From the NCBI GenBank assembly GCA_016930135.1, contig JAFGHM010000102.1, forward strand, positions 1-59,092: a stretch of DNA of 59,092 nucleotides. The letters run 5' to 3'. The notes under the pieces were generated by a model that worked only from the letters and a program-made list of their open reading frames with translations, searched no databases and was not told where the DNA came from. Shown piece after piece: positions 43,749 to 53,400 of the stretch (positions are counted from its first letter, which is position 1; each line of letters opens with the position of its first letter). The DNA is from Thermoplasmatota archaeon (lineage in GTDB: Archaea > Thermoplasmatota > Thermoplasmata > UBA10834). Position numbers and translations under genes: made by a program.

Positions 43749-44639
43749 TCAATCCTTCCATCCGTGGTGCACCTTGGCCGCCTTGAGAGTATTCTGCATC
43801 AGCATCGTAATCGTCATCGGTCCAACGCCTCCAGGAACGGGGGTGATCGCCTTCGCCTTCACCTTCACCGCGTCGAAATCGACATCACCGACCAGCCTGG
43901 TCCCGCTCTTCGCCGAGGGGTCGCTTATCCTGTTGACTCCGACGTCGATTACGACGACGCCGTCCTTGACCATGTCCGCCTTGACGAACCCCGGGGAGCC
44001 GATTGCCGCTATTAGAATATCCGCCTGCCTGGTCATCTCGGCCAGATTCTTCGTCCTCGAGTGGCATATGGTGACCGTCGCGTCCGCCCCCTTGGCCTTC
44101 TGGATGAGTATGCAGGCCACCGGCTTACCGACTATGTTGCTCCTGCCCAGAACCACGACGTGCTTGCCCGAGGGATCGTTGCCGCTCCTGATAAGAAGCT
44201 CCTGGACACCGTGGGGTGTGCAGGGCAGATACGACTCGCTCCCGACCACCATCTTGCCGACGTTCACCGGATGGAACCCATCTACGTCCTTGCCCGGGTC
44301 GATCCTGAGGAGCACCTTCTCCTCACTGATGTGTTTCGGCAGAGGGAGCTGCACGAGGATGCCGTCGAACTTCGGATTCTTGTTGTAGTTGTCGATGAGC
44401 GCGAGCAGCTCGTTCTCAGTCGTGGACGCTGGGAGCCTGACCGTCTCCGAGCATATCCCCAAGTCGTTGCAGGCCTCACCCTTCTTCCTCACATATACCT
44501 GCGACGCGGGGTCCTCCCCGACTATGATGACCACAAGGCCAGGCTCTATGCCTGCCTTCTTCAGCTTCGAAACCTCGATCTTGATCTCTGCCCTGATGCT
44601 CTTAGCGACCTCGTTGCCGTTTATGACCTCAGCGACCAT
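43749..44639 (-). CDS. folD: methylene-THF dehydrogenase/cyclohydrolase
   Basis: YVRKK, GILVQLPLP, KDVDGFHP, PCTP.G, GRSNIVGKP, TPVPGGVGPMT; start at ATG 44639. Confidence 0.95.
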   Translation of the reverse strand: MVAEVINGNEVAKSIRAEIKIEVSKLKKAGIEPGLVVIIVGEDPASQVYVRKKGEACNDLGICSETVRLPASTTENELLALIDNYNKNPKFDGILVQLPLPKHISEEKVLLRIDPGKDVDGFHPVNVGKMVVGSESYLPCTPHGVQELLIRSGNDPSGKHVVVLGRSNIVGKPVACILIQKAKGADATVTICHSRTKNLAEMTRQADILIAAIGSPGFVKADMVKDGVVVIDVGVNRISDPSAKSGTRLVGDVDFDAVKVKAKAITPVPGGVGPMTITMLMQNTLKAAKVHHGWKD

Positions 44640-44855
44640 CCTAAACCCCCTAAGACCGGATGCGGACTCTTTACTTAACAGTTGCGCGCAGGCCGATGAC
44701 CAAGGGGATACCACTCGCCGGGTTCGACCATCTTTCGACCGCCCGAACGAGCATCCCTGGCATGGTAATGCCGAAGAGACGCGGCTGCTCTGGGAAAGCA
44801 TTTTCCGAAACGTTTTACTAGGTGCGCTGAATACCCTGCCAGAGGAGGATTCCGA

Positions 44856-46535
44856 ATGGCCATGAAGCCAGACATCGAGATTGCACAAGCTGCGAAGGTG
44901 CAGCACATTGAGAAGATTGCGGAGAAGATAGGCCTCTCGCGCGATGATCTTGAGTTCTATGGGAAATACAAGGCGAAGGTCCCGTTGGACGTCCTGAAGA
45001 GGTTCGACAAGAACAAGGACGGGAAGCTCATCTTCGTGACTGCAATAACTGCGACGAAGGCAGGTGAAGGGAAGACCGTCACCTCGATAGGACTCTGTCA
45101 GGGCTTGGGACAGCTCGGCAAAAAGGTCATGCTGTCTCTGAGAGAACCGTCGCTTGGCCCGACTTTCGGCATCAAAGGAGGAGCGACTGGCGGAGGATAC
45201 TCCCAGGTCTACCCGATGTGGGACATCGACCTCCACTTCACTGGCGACATTCATGCGGTTGGGACTGCCCACAACCTCCTGTCCGCGCTCGTCGAGAACC
45301 ACATAACCAAGAAGAACGAGCTCAACATCGACGCCACGAGGATCGTCCTCAGCAAGGTCATGGACATGAACGCGAGGGAGCTGAGGGACATAGTAGTAGG
45401 GCTTGGCGGAAGGGAGAAGGGCGGCGTGCCCCACGAGAGCAGATTCGACATCACCGTCGCCTCAGAGATTATGGCCATATTGGCTCTCTCGAAGGACATG
45501 GCGGACCTGAGGCAGAGGCTCTCGAGGGTCGTCGTAGCATATACGCGCGACAGAAAGCCGGTCACCGCTGACAAGCTCAAGGGCATAGGATCGATGTGTC
45601 TGCTCCTGAAGGACGCGATCATGCCCAACCTAGTCCAGACGCTCGAGGGACAGCCAGCATTGATACACGGAGCGCCCTTCGCGAACATCGCGCACGGGAA
45701 CAGCTCGATCATAGCCACGAAGTACGCGCTCAAGATGGCGGACTACGTAATCACTGAGGGTGGATTCGCTGCGGACTTGGGCGGAGAGAAGTTCTTCGAC
45801 ATCGTCTGCAGAGTCGCAGACCTCAAGCCTGATGTCACTGTCTTGGTTTCGAGCATCAGGGCGCTCAAGATGCACGGTGGAATGGACGAGAAAGACATCG
45901 GAACGCCGAACCTCGACTACCTGGAGAAAGGCTTCGCCAACCTCGACAAGCACATCGAGAACATGCGCAAGTTCGGAGTGCCGGTGGTCGTGGCGCTCAA
46001 CAGGTTCCCGACGGACAGCCAGGAGGAACTCGAGCTGTGCAAGAAGCACTGCGACAAGATGGGCGTGCGCTCTGCGCACTCCACAGTATTCGCCGAGGGC
46101 GGAAAGGGAGGCGTCGAACTCGCAAAGACCGTGCTCGAATGCATGGAGAAGGAGAAATCCAATTTCCATGTGCTGTACGATGAGAAGCTCCCGATCAAGA
46201 AGAAGATCGAGATCATCGCAAAGGAAATTTACGGTGCGGAGGGAGTGGTGTACACCGGAACCGCTCCTACGGATATAGCGAACATCGAGAAAGCCAGGAA
46301 CGACAAGCTCCCGATATGCATGGCCAAGACGCAGTTGTCGTTGACGGACGACCCGAAGAAGAAGGGCGCTCCGAAGGACTGGTCGCTGACTGTGAGAGAG
46401 GTCAGGCTGTCTGCGGGTGCGGGGTTCATCGTTCCCCTCACTGGCGAGCTGATGACCATACCAGGCCTGCCCACCGTCCCGGTAGCCGAGAAGATCAACA
46501 TCGACGACAAGGGCTACATAACGGGCCTTAACTGA
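44856..46535 (+). CDS. fhs: formate--tetrahydrofolate ligase
   Basis: GEGKT, REPSLGP.FGIKGGA.GGGYSQV, HFTGD, PFANIAHG, CMAKTQ.S. Confidence 0.96.
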   Translation: MAMKPDIEIAQAAKVQHIEKIAEKIGLSRDDLEFYGKYKAKVPLDVLKRFDKNKDGKLIFVTAITATKAGEGKTVTSIGLCQGLGQLGKKVMLSLREPSLGPTFGIKGGATGGGYSQVYPMWDIDLHFTGDIHAVGTAHNLLSALVENHITKKNELNIDATRIVLSKVMDMNARELRDIVVGLGGREKGGVPHESRFDITVASEIMAILALSKDMADLRQRLSRVVVAYTRDRKPVTADKLKGIGSMCLLLKDAIMPNLVQTLEGQPALIHGAPFANIAHGNSSIIATKYALKMADYVITEGGFAADLGGEKFFDIVCRVADLKPDVTVLVSSIRALKMHGGMDEKDIGTPNLDYLEKGFANLDKHIENMRKFGVPVVVALNRFPTDSQEELELCKKHCDKMGVRSAHSTVFAEGGKGGVELAKTVLECMEKEKSNFHVLYDEKLPIKKKIEIIAKEIYGAEGVVYTGTAPTDIANIEKARNDKLPICMAKTQLSLTDDPKKKGAPKDWSLTVREVRLSAGAGFIVPLTGELMTIPGLPTVPVAEKINIDDKGYITGLN

Positions 46536-46693
46536 GTCCGGCGGCGTACTTCAGGCAGAATGGCCGGCTCCGAAACCTTTCATTCGATTCGGAACGGGGG
46601 TGCTTTTTATCCCCCTCATGCGTTCCGATTACTAGCTCCTGCCCCTGTTTGATGGGTATGATGGAGGGGCTTACAGTAAGCGGGAGGGTCCTG

Positions 46694-47932
46694 ATGACGC
46701 AAGTCCTGGTGATTGGAGGAGGTCCAGCAGGTCTCACGGCCGCGAAGTCTCTAGTGGACAGCGGCGCGGAAGTAGTTCTGGTCGAGAAGAGCGACTCGCT
46801 CGGGGGGATGGCGAGGAATTGGACCTGCAAAGGCCTGGTCGAATGCAGAAACTGCGGCGTCTGCTTCGCGGTTGATCAGGCGGAAGGAATACTCAGGGAA
46901 CCGTCAGCAGAGATCCTGCTGCTGTCTGAAGTGGCATCCGCACATAGGACCGAAGATGGGTTCTCATTCAAAATCAAGACCTCTCCCAGATATGTCACCG
47001 ATGATTGCATAGGCTGTGGCAAGTGCGTGGCCGTGTGCCCTGTCGAGGGCAAGGCGATATTCCCTCCGACAGGCACCGGCCGGCCCCAACAATACTGGAT
47101 CGACCGCATAAAGTGCTTGCATTTCAAGAAACGCAAGTGCAACGCGTGCGCCGAGGTCTGCCCGACAAAGGCCATCGACTACGACGACAGGGCAAAGAGC
47201 ATTTCGAGAAAGGTTCAGTCCGTGGTTCTGGCAACTGGCATTGATGCGATAGAGGCGTGCGAAACCAACAGATTCGGCTGCGGCAGGTATGCCAATGTCA
47301 TCTCGAGCGTGGACGCAGAGAAGATACTGAACGAGAAGGGACGGCTGCTGAGGCCTTCAGACGGCAGACCCCCGAAGAAGATAGCGGTGGTACAGTGTGT
47401 CGGCTCGAGGTCTGTGGAGTTCGGCGTGGAATACTGTTCGAAGTTCTGCTGCAAGTACGCGACCAAGATCTGCCAGCTGTTGCTCGATATCGATGCCGAA
47501 ATCAACCTTGACTTCTACTTCATGGACCTGCGGACGCTGTATGAGCCCCAGGACGAGTTCAAGCTCTGGGCGAAGGCGAAGAAAACCGTCAGACTCGTAA
47601 GATCGATGCCCGCGGACATCTACGAGAAGGACGATTCCAAAAACCTCCTCGTACGGGTCGCCGGGGAGACCGATTCGGATATCTCTGAGACCGAGTACGA
47701 CCTCGTCATCCTCTCGGTGGGCATGAGACCTTCAGGTGCTTCGTCCGAGCTGGCCCGGTCCCTCGGAGTGGGCACCGACGAGATGGGGTTCGCCATGGTC
47801 TCGAAAGAGATCGAAGCCAGTGGGGTCTACGTCTGTGGTGCGGTAACGCAACCGATGGACATCGAGGAGGCTGCTGTCAGAGCGGTGGCGACCGTTTCTC
47901 GGATGAACAAGAAAAAGGAGGCGGGACCGTGA
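46694..47932 (+). CDS. HdrA-like flavoprotein, first half (divergent)
   Basis: GGGPAG, GGMARNWTCKGLVECRNCGVC, ferredoxin insert, QCVGSR...CSKFCC. Confidence 0.85.
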   Translation: MTQVLVIGGGPAGLTAAKSLVDSGAEVVLVEKSDSLGGMARNWTCKGLVECRNCGVCFAVDQAEGILREPSAEILLLSEVASAHRTEDGFSFKIKTSPRYVTDDCIGCGKCVAVCPVEGKAIFPPTGTGRPQQYWIDRIKCLHFKKRKCNACAEVCPTKAIDYDDRAKSISRKVQSVVLATGIDAIEACETNRFGCGRYANVISSVDAEKILNEKGRLLRPSDGRPPKKIAVVQCVGSRSVEFGVEYCSKFCCKYATKICQLLLDIDAEINLDFYFMDLRTLYEPQDEFKLWAKAKKTVRLVRSMPADIYEKDDSKNLLVRVAGETDSDISETEYDLVILSVGMRPSGASSELARSLGVGTDEMGFAMVSKEIEASGVYVCGAVTQPMDIEEAAVRAVATVSRMNKKKEAGP

Positions 47933-49506
47933 AGGCGAAGATACAGGTCGTTTTGTGCAAGTGCTGCACCGAAATCCCCTCTGTCCTCAGGCTCGAATCC
48001 CTCTCCAAGCTGGCATCCGAGAGCAACAATGTGATGTCCGTCATGACCGTGGATGCCATCTGCGACGGGAAGCAGCTCGCACCTGTCATGAACGACGTGA
48101 AGCAGAAGGAGCTTGACAGAGCGGTCGTGCTGGCATGCCACAAGAAGGATGTGAGCCCGACCCTTCTGAGAGCATATAGGCGCGCGGGCGTGAACGAGTT
48201 CATGGTCGAGCTCGTCAACATCCGCGAAGAGGTGGTTCTTCCACACGCGAACGAGCCCGAGAGAGCGCAGGCGAAGGCAGAGGCGAAGCTGAGAGCCGCG
48301 CTGGCGAGGTCGCTCATGCTCCAGCCGCTCGAACGGCAGACAGAGGAGATGAAGACAAGGAACGTCGTCATAATAGGCGCTGGAGTTGCCGGCCAGGCAG
48401 CCGCAAAGGAGGCTGCCAAGGCAGGCGCTCACACTGTCGTCCTTGAGAAGTCCGGGAAGACCCTCAAGGTGCCCGGGGTCGTGATGCAGCACTCGACGCT
48501 CGTCGGCGCTGAGGGATATGGAGGCAATCTCAAGCTCAAGATCAGGGCCGGCGAGAAGGTTGAGTCCCTTGACGCTGCCGCCTTGGTCATCGCCACCGGA
48601 GGAGGATGGACCCAACTGAAGGGATCTCTGGCGAAGGCCGTCAAGGACGCCGTTCCTCTATACAAGCTGAACGAGCAGGTCCAGGTCGACGCGCCCATCA
48701 AGGGACCCGTCGTCGTGGTCGACTCCCCGGATCCGTCAGGAAAGACGATGGCTGTCCAAGACTTCGCATGGGACGAGACCCTAGAGACCGTCGTCGAGCT
48801 GAAGAAGAAGCATCCGGAGACAGAGATATGGGTCGTCTTCCAGGAGATGAGGGCCTTCGGCTTGTCGGAGCTGGTGTACAAGGAGGCCGCTGACGCCGGT
48901 ATCAAGTTCATCAGATATGACAAGGGAGGAGTGCCAAAGGCCGACCCGAAGAACCCAGGCGTGCTCTCTGTGAGGGATTTCTCGCAGGGCGAGCAGCTCA
49001 ACATCAGATTCGGCACGCTCGCTTTCGCATCGATTCCGGCAAACCCCGACAATAGACTGATAGCTGAGGTGCTCAGGATTCCGATGGCGGCAGACGGAGG
49101 AATCAGGAGAGGCAGCATACAGAGATGGCCTGTCTCCACTCCAAGACCTGGTGTGTTCGTGTGCGGCTCCGCCCTGTTCCCGAAGTCGAGAGAGGCTGCA
49201 GAGGCTGAGGGAGAGGCTGCGGGAGCGATGGCCAGCGCTTTCGTGAAGCGCGGCACGATTGAGTTCGGTGGCGTCGTGGCCGAGGTGGAACAAGAGAAGT
49301 GCTCGGCGTGTCTGACCTGCGTGCGCACATGTCCTTACGAGGCCCCATTCATAGGAGCGGCAGGCAAGGCGGAGATACGGATCCAGGCATGTCAGGGGTG
49401 CGGGATGTGCGTCGGCATCTGCCCAAGCAAGGCCATCGAGCTGAGGAACTACACCGACGACCAAATCATGATAGAGACGCGGACTCTGCTCGGAGGTGAT
49501 TTCTGA
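47929..49506 (+). CDS. HdrA-like protein, second half (degenerate)
   Basis: VVLCKCC, ELVNIREE, GAGVAG, C-terminal CSACLTCVRTCP and CQGCGMCVGICP; central CVGSR/CS..CC motif absent. Confidence 0.85.
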   Translation: MKAKIQVVLCKCCTEIPSVLRLESLSKLASESNNVMSVMTVDAICDGKQLAPVMNDVKQKELDRAVVLACHKKDVSPTLLRAYRRAGVNEFMVELVNIREEVVLPHANEPERAQAKAEAKLRAALARSLMLQPLERQTEEMKTRNVVIIGAGVAGQAAAKEAAKAGAHTVVLEKSGKTLKVPGVVMQHSTLVGAEGYGGNLKLKIRAGEKVESLDAAALVIATGGGWTQLKGSLAKAVKDAVPLYKLNEQVQVDAPIKGPVVVVDSPDPSGKTMAVQDFAWDETLETVVELKKKHPETEIWVVFQEMRAFGLSELVYKEAADAGIKFIRYDKGGVPKADPKNPGVLSVRDFSQGEQLNIRFGTLAFASIPANPDNRLIAEVLRIPMAADGGIRRGSIQRWPVSTPRPGVFVCGSALFPKSREAAEAEGEAAGAMASAFVKRGTIEFGGVVAEVEQEKCSACLTCVRTCPYEAPFIGAAGKAEIRIQACQGCGMCVGICPSKAIELRNYTDDQIMIETRTLLGGDF

Positions 49507-49922
49507 TGGCCGAGAGGAGGCCGAAGATAATAGGCTTCTGCTGTGAGAGGCATGGCATGGACTCAGCCGTCCTCGCAGCGAGGACGGGGAAGCAGTTCGA
49601 TGCGAGTGTGAGGCTGGTCCAGGTGCCCTGCGCCGGCCGGGTGGATGGCATCCATATACTCCAGGCGCTTGAGGACGGGGCAGACGCCGTATTCGTGCTT
49701 GGCTGCCTTGAGAAGAACTGCTACTATGACACCGGCTCAATCGAAGCGCGGAAGCGGGTGGAGTACGTCAGGCAGATGCTCGCGGAAATGGGGATCGAGA
49801 AGGAGCGGGTCGAGATGTTCAACGCCGCCTCGACGAACGCGTGGGCGTTCCCCGAAATAGTCGCGAAGATGGTCGAGGTCGCGAAGAAGCTCGGCCCCAT
49901 CGAGGAGGGTGAGAGAAGATGA
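49506..49922 (+). CDS. mvhD: MvhD [2Fe-2S] subunit, second copy
   Basis: GFCCE, VPCAGRV, GADAV...GC...CYY..G. Confidence 0.88.
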   Translation: MAERRPKIIGFCCERHGMDSAVLAARTGKQFDASVRLVQVPCAGRVDGIHILQALEDGADAVFVLGCLEKNCYYDTGSIEARKRVEYVRQMLAEMGIEKERVEMFNAASTNAWAFPEIVAKMVEVAKKLGPIEEGERR

Positions 49923-50623
49923 TTGTCGCCAAGAGAAAGCCGCTCGGCGAGATAGTGGAGATGCTCGCACCCTACCAGAAGATCACAGTCATCGGATGCA
50001 GGAGCTGCGTGGCCATCTGCCTTGCGGGGGGAGAGAAGGAGGTCAAGATGCTGGTCTCCGCCCTGAAGATCAAGAATAGGAAGGAGGGCAGGAAGCAGCA
50101 GATCGATGGGTTCGTCGTTGAGAGGCAGTGTGAGAAGGAGTGGGTCAAGGAGGTCGAGGAGAGGATCCTCGATTCCGATGTCACGCTCTCGATGGCCTGC
50201 TCTCTGGGCGCTCAGACCATCGGCGACATGTACCCGAAGCACCTCACGTTTCCAGGGCTCAACACCGGCATGTTCGGCGTCCCAGAAGAACAGGGTGTGT
50301 GGTCGGAGAAGTGCATCGGATGCGGCAACTGCATCATACACACAACGGGGGGCATATGCCCGATTGCCAGATGCGCCAAGAGCATGTTGAACGGCCCATG
50401 CGGCGGGTCTGCGAACGGGAAGTGCGAAGTGAACCTCGAGGTCGACTGCGCTTGGGTGGCGATCTATGACCGGCTCAAGCTGCAGAACAGGCTGGATCTC
50501 ATCGAGAATTTCACTCCGGCAAAGGACTGGTCGACCAGTCACTCAGGTGGGCGGAGGATCTATGTCCGCGAGGATGCGAAGCTCTCTCAGCACCAGAAGA
50601 AGGGCAAGGAGGCGGTGCAATGA
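49919..50623 (+). CDS. metV: methylene-THF reductase Fe-S subunit MetV
   Basis: GCRSCVAIC..GG, RQC, C.GCG.C, CP...CAKS.LNGPCGG...CEV...CAW. Confidence 0.9.
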   Translation: MIVAKRKPLGEIVEMLAPYQKITVIGCRSCVAICLAGGEKEVKMLVSALKIKNRKEGRKQQIDGFVVERQCEKEWVKEVEERILDSDVTLSMACSLGAQTIGDMYPKHLTFPGLNTGMFGVPEEQGVWSEKCIGCGNCIIHTTGGICPIARCAKSMLNGPCGGSANGKCEVNLEVDCAWVAIYDRLKLQNRLDLIENFTPAKDWSTSHSGGRRIYVREDAKLSQHQKKGKEAVQ

Positions 50624-51537
50624 AGGCGGGCAGCAACCTCGAGAAGGTCTTGGAGTCGGGCAAGTTCGCTGTGACCGCTGAGATAGGTCCGCCGCAGTCT
50701 GCTAACCCCGAGCCCCTGACACATCACGCACGAATGCTCAAGGGGTACGCGGATGCGTTCAACCTGACGGACAATCAGACGGCGGTCGTCAGGTTGTCGA
50801 GCATCGCCAGTGCCGTAATCATAATGCGCGAGGGGATTGAGCCCGTCATCCAGATGACCTGCAGGGACAGGAACAGGATCGGGCTCCAGAGCGACCTGTT
50901 CGGCGCGGCCGCACTCGGAGTGAAGAACGTCCTCTGTCTCACGGGGGACCACCACATATTCGGGAACGAGAAGGCTGCGAAGGGCGTCTTCGATTTCGAC
51001 TCAATCGTCGAACTCAAGGTCTTCGACGACTTGAGGAACAGCGGGAAGCAGCTCGGAGGAGAACAGATCAAGGACCCGCCGAAGACCTACCTCGGATGTG
51101 CGGAGAACCCCTTTGCCACTCCCTATGAATGGAGGGCCGCGAGGCTCGCGAAGAAGGCCGCTGCCGGAGCGGACTTCTGCCAGACCCAGGCCATATTCGA
51201 CATGAAGATGTTCGAGAGATGGATGGACGAGATAAGGGGGCGTGGGTTGGACAAGAAGGTCCACATACTCGCCGGCGTGATCCCCGTGAAATCTGCAGGA
51301 TCCGCCAGGTACATGAAGAACAAGGTCCCGGGCATGATCGTGCCGAAAGAGATAGTGGACCGGATGAAGAATGCCAAGGACGCCAAGGAGGAAGGCATAC
51401 GGCTCTGCGTCGAGCAAATCGAGACTCTGAAGAGCATCAAGGGCGTCCACGGAGTGCACATCATGGCCGTGGCGTGGGAGGAAATGATTCCCAGGATCGT
51501 CAAAGAGGCAGGGCTCTTGCCCAGGCCGACGTTCTGA
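50620..51537 (+). CDS. metF: methylene-THF reductase catalytic subunit
   Basis: TAEIGPP, NLTDNQ, QMTCRDRNR, LCLTGDH, AGADF.QTQ. Confidence 0.93.
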   Translation: MKAGSNLEKVLESGKFAVTAEIGPPQSANPEPLTHHARMLKGYADAFNLTDNQTAVVRLSSIASAVIIMREGIEPVIQMTCRDRNRIGLQSDLFGAAALGVKNVLCLTGDHHIFGNEKAAKGVFDFDSIVELKVFDDLRNSGKQLGGEQIKDPPKTYLGCAENPFATPYEWRAARLAKKAAAGADFCQTQAIFDMKMFERWMDEIRGRGLDKKVHILAGVIPVKSAGSARYMKNKVPGMIVPKEIVDRMKNAKDAKEEGIRLCVEQIETLKSIKGVHGVHIMAVAWEEMIPRIVKEAGLLPRPTF

Positions 51538-51604
51538 CACGCTGAAGAACTCGCTCCACCACAACAATGAAGTCCACTCAGCCGCTTCCGGTCAGGGGGA
51601 TAGA

Positions 51605-53260
51605 ATGGCTCAGGACGGATTCGACGCGCTTTCGGAGGAGATGTTCAAGAGATACCTCGAGATCAATCCGGAGAACGGCACCGCCTTCGGGCTCCACGAG
51701 CCATATGACCACCATCTGCCGCACGGGGGACTAAAGAGGATTGAAGACACGATGCGGCTCATGGAGGATTGGAGCAGGAAGGCACACGAGATTGCCGAGT
51801 CGTCCGAGCTGTCGACGGAGCAGAGAATCAGCCTCCGGCTCCTAGACCAGACCATCGCTCTCCAAAGGTTCGTCATAGACGACTATCCGTTCCTGAAGAT
51901 GTGGCCCGACGGCCTCGAACTCATAGGCAACCTGATGTTCATGATGTTCTCCAGAGATTATGCGCCCCTCGAGGAGAGGATCAAGGCGGTCACGTCGAGG
52001 CTCAAGGTACTCCCTCGGCATCTAGAGCAGTTCAGGACGAGGTTCGAGGGCACACGGATGGTCAAGCTATGGGTGGAAATGTCAATCGAGACCTGCGAGC
52101 AGCTCCCTGGGTTCCTCGCTTTCATCGTCGCCTCATCCAAGGACAAGGTCTCCGACAACGTCTATGAGGATCTCATCGGCGCCGTTGCTGTGGCCGAGAA
52201 GGCGGCAAACGAACAGCTGGGCTGGCTCAAAGCCAATCTTGGGACCGCTGATGGCGCATTTTCGATGGGCAAAGAGAATCTCACCAGACTCCTTGAGCTC
52301 AGGGGTATACCGTACACGCCGGAAGAGCTGCTCGACCTCGCGGAGGGATACCTCAGAGAGTTCAAGGAGGAGAGGAGGCGTGTAGCCTCTAGGATAGCTC
52401 CAGGCAAGGCCATCGAAGAGGTCGCGAAGATCGTCCAGAGTAACGCGCCCAAGGTCTTCGAGGAGGCGCTAGAGGCGACGAAGAAGGAAATCCAGACAGC
52501 CAAGGTTTTTCTGGTGGAGAACAACATATGCACCGTCGACCCGGATGCCAAGCTCGAGGTCGTGGAGACGCCCGACTTCCTGACACCGGTCTTACCCTTC
52601 GCGGCGTTGTACAGTCCCTCGAAGTTCGACAAGGAACAAGTCGGCCAGTACGTCGTGACCAGACCGAAGAATCCGGCGAACCTCGCGGTCAATCTGAACT
52701 ATGCAACAATAATCAACACAGCAGTACACGAGGCATACCCAGGACACTTCCACCAAGGTGTCCAGACAAACAAGAAGCACTGGATGCTCCAGCTGACCGC
52801 TGCGGAGGCCCCGATCGCGGGCATCGAGACAATCGAGGGATGGGCGCTGTATTGTGAGCAGATGATGTTCGATCATGGATACAAGGCAACGGATGAAGGG
52901 GCCTTCGAGATGCTCAACGCGGCCATCTGGAGGGCGTGCAGGATCGTTGCCGATGTGAAGCTCGCCCAAGGAACCGCCACGGTCGATGAGATGGTCGAGT
53001 GGATGACCAAGGAGACGGGATGGGCGAGAGATGCGATGCTGGTCGAGGTCAAGAGATACTCCCGAACCCCTTCCTACGCCTTGTCCTACCTTGTCGGGCG
53101 GCACCTGATCACGGAGTTCAGGAAAGAGGTCGAGCGAAAGGCGGGCGGGGACTTCGAGGAGAGTGAGTTCCACGACCTCGTCGCCAGCTACGGTTGTCTT
53201 CCGTTCAACCTGATGAGGGAAGCCGTCCTGGACCATCTCGGCCTGCAGGCAGAAGGCTGA
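51605..53260 (+). CDS. DUF885 family putative metallopeptidase, no signal peptide
   Basis: HEAYPGHFHQ, EGWALYCE, WRACR..D, RY...P..ALSY..G. Confidence 0.85.
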   Translation: MAQDGFDALSEEMFKRYLEINPENGTAFGLHEPYDHHLPHGGLKRIEDTMRLMEDWSRKAHEIAESSELSTEQRISLRLLDQTIALQRFVIDDYPFLKMWPDGLELIGNLMFMMFSRDYAPLEERIKAVTSRLKVLPRHLEQFRTRFEGTRMVKLWVEMSIETCEQLPGFLAFIVASSKDKVSDNVYEDLIGAVAVAEKAANEQLGWLKANLGTADGAFSMGKENLTRLLELRGIPYTPEELLDLAEGYLREFKEERRRVASRIAPGKAIEEVAKIVQSNAPKVFEEALEATKKEIQTAKVFLVENNICTVDPDAKLEVVETPDFLTPVLPFAALYSPSKFDKEQVGQYVVTRPKNPANLAVNLNYATIINTAVHEAYPGHFHQGVQTNKKHWMLQLTAAEAPIAGIETIEGWALYCEQMMFDHGYKATDEGAFEMLNAAIWRACRIVADVKLAQGTATVDEMVEWMTKETGWARDAMLVEVKRYSRTPSYALSYLVGRHLITEFRKEVERKAGGDFEESEFHDLVASYGCLPFNLMREAVLDHLGLQAEG

Positions 53261-53304
53261 CCTCTCCCGCAAGTCAAGTGCCGCCCCCAGAGACCACGGC
53301 TTCA

Positions 53305-53320
53305 CGAAAACCGTTATAAA
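53305..53320 (+). promoter_or_regulatory. BRE/TATA of purH
   Basis: CGAAAACCGTTATAAA. Confidence 0.6.
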
Positions 53321-53400
53321 CCGCCAGAGGATAACATGCCGGCATACCTTTTGCTCTGAAGGGGAGGGATGTTTCAGCAAGCAAGCGGAGTGTGCAGCTA

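Noticed and set aside
44640-44855. THF or ZTP riboswitch between folD and fhs (also checked upstream of purH)
   Set aside because: I could not find the consensus elements; only a short TTCGACC direct repeat and weak stems. An Rfam scan would be the decisive test.
44640-45434. 265 aa N-terminal extension of FolD in the ORF track
   Set aside because: It overlaps fhs on the opposite strand; FolD homology starts at ATG 44639.
33801-51537. Selenocysteine or pyrrolysine recoding in FdhA, HdrA or MvhD
   Set aside because: The usual Sec positions are Cys codons (e.g. CARLCH in FdhA) and the ORFs have no internal stops.
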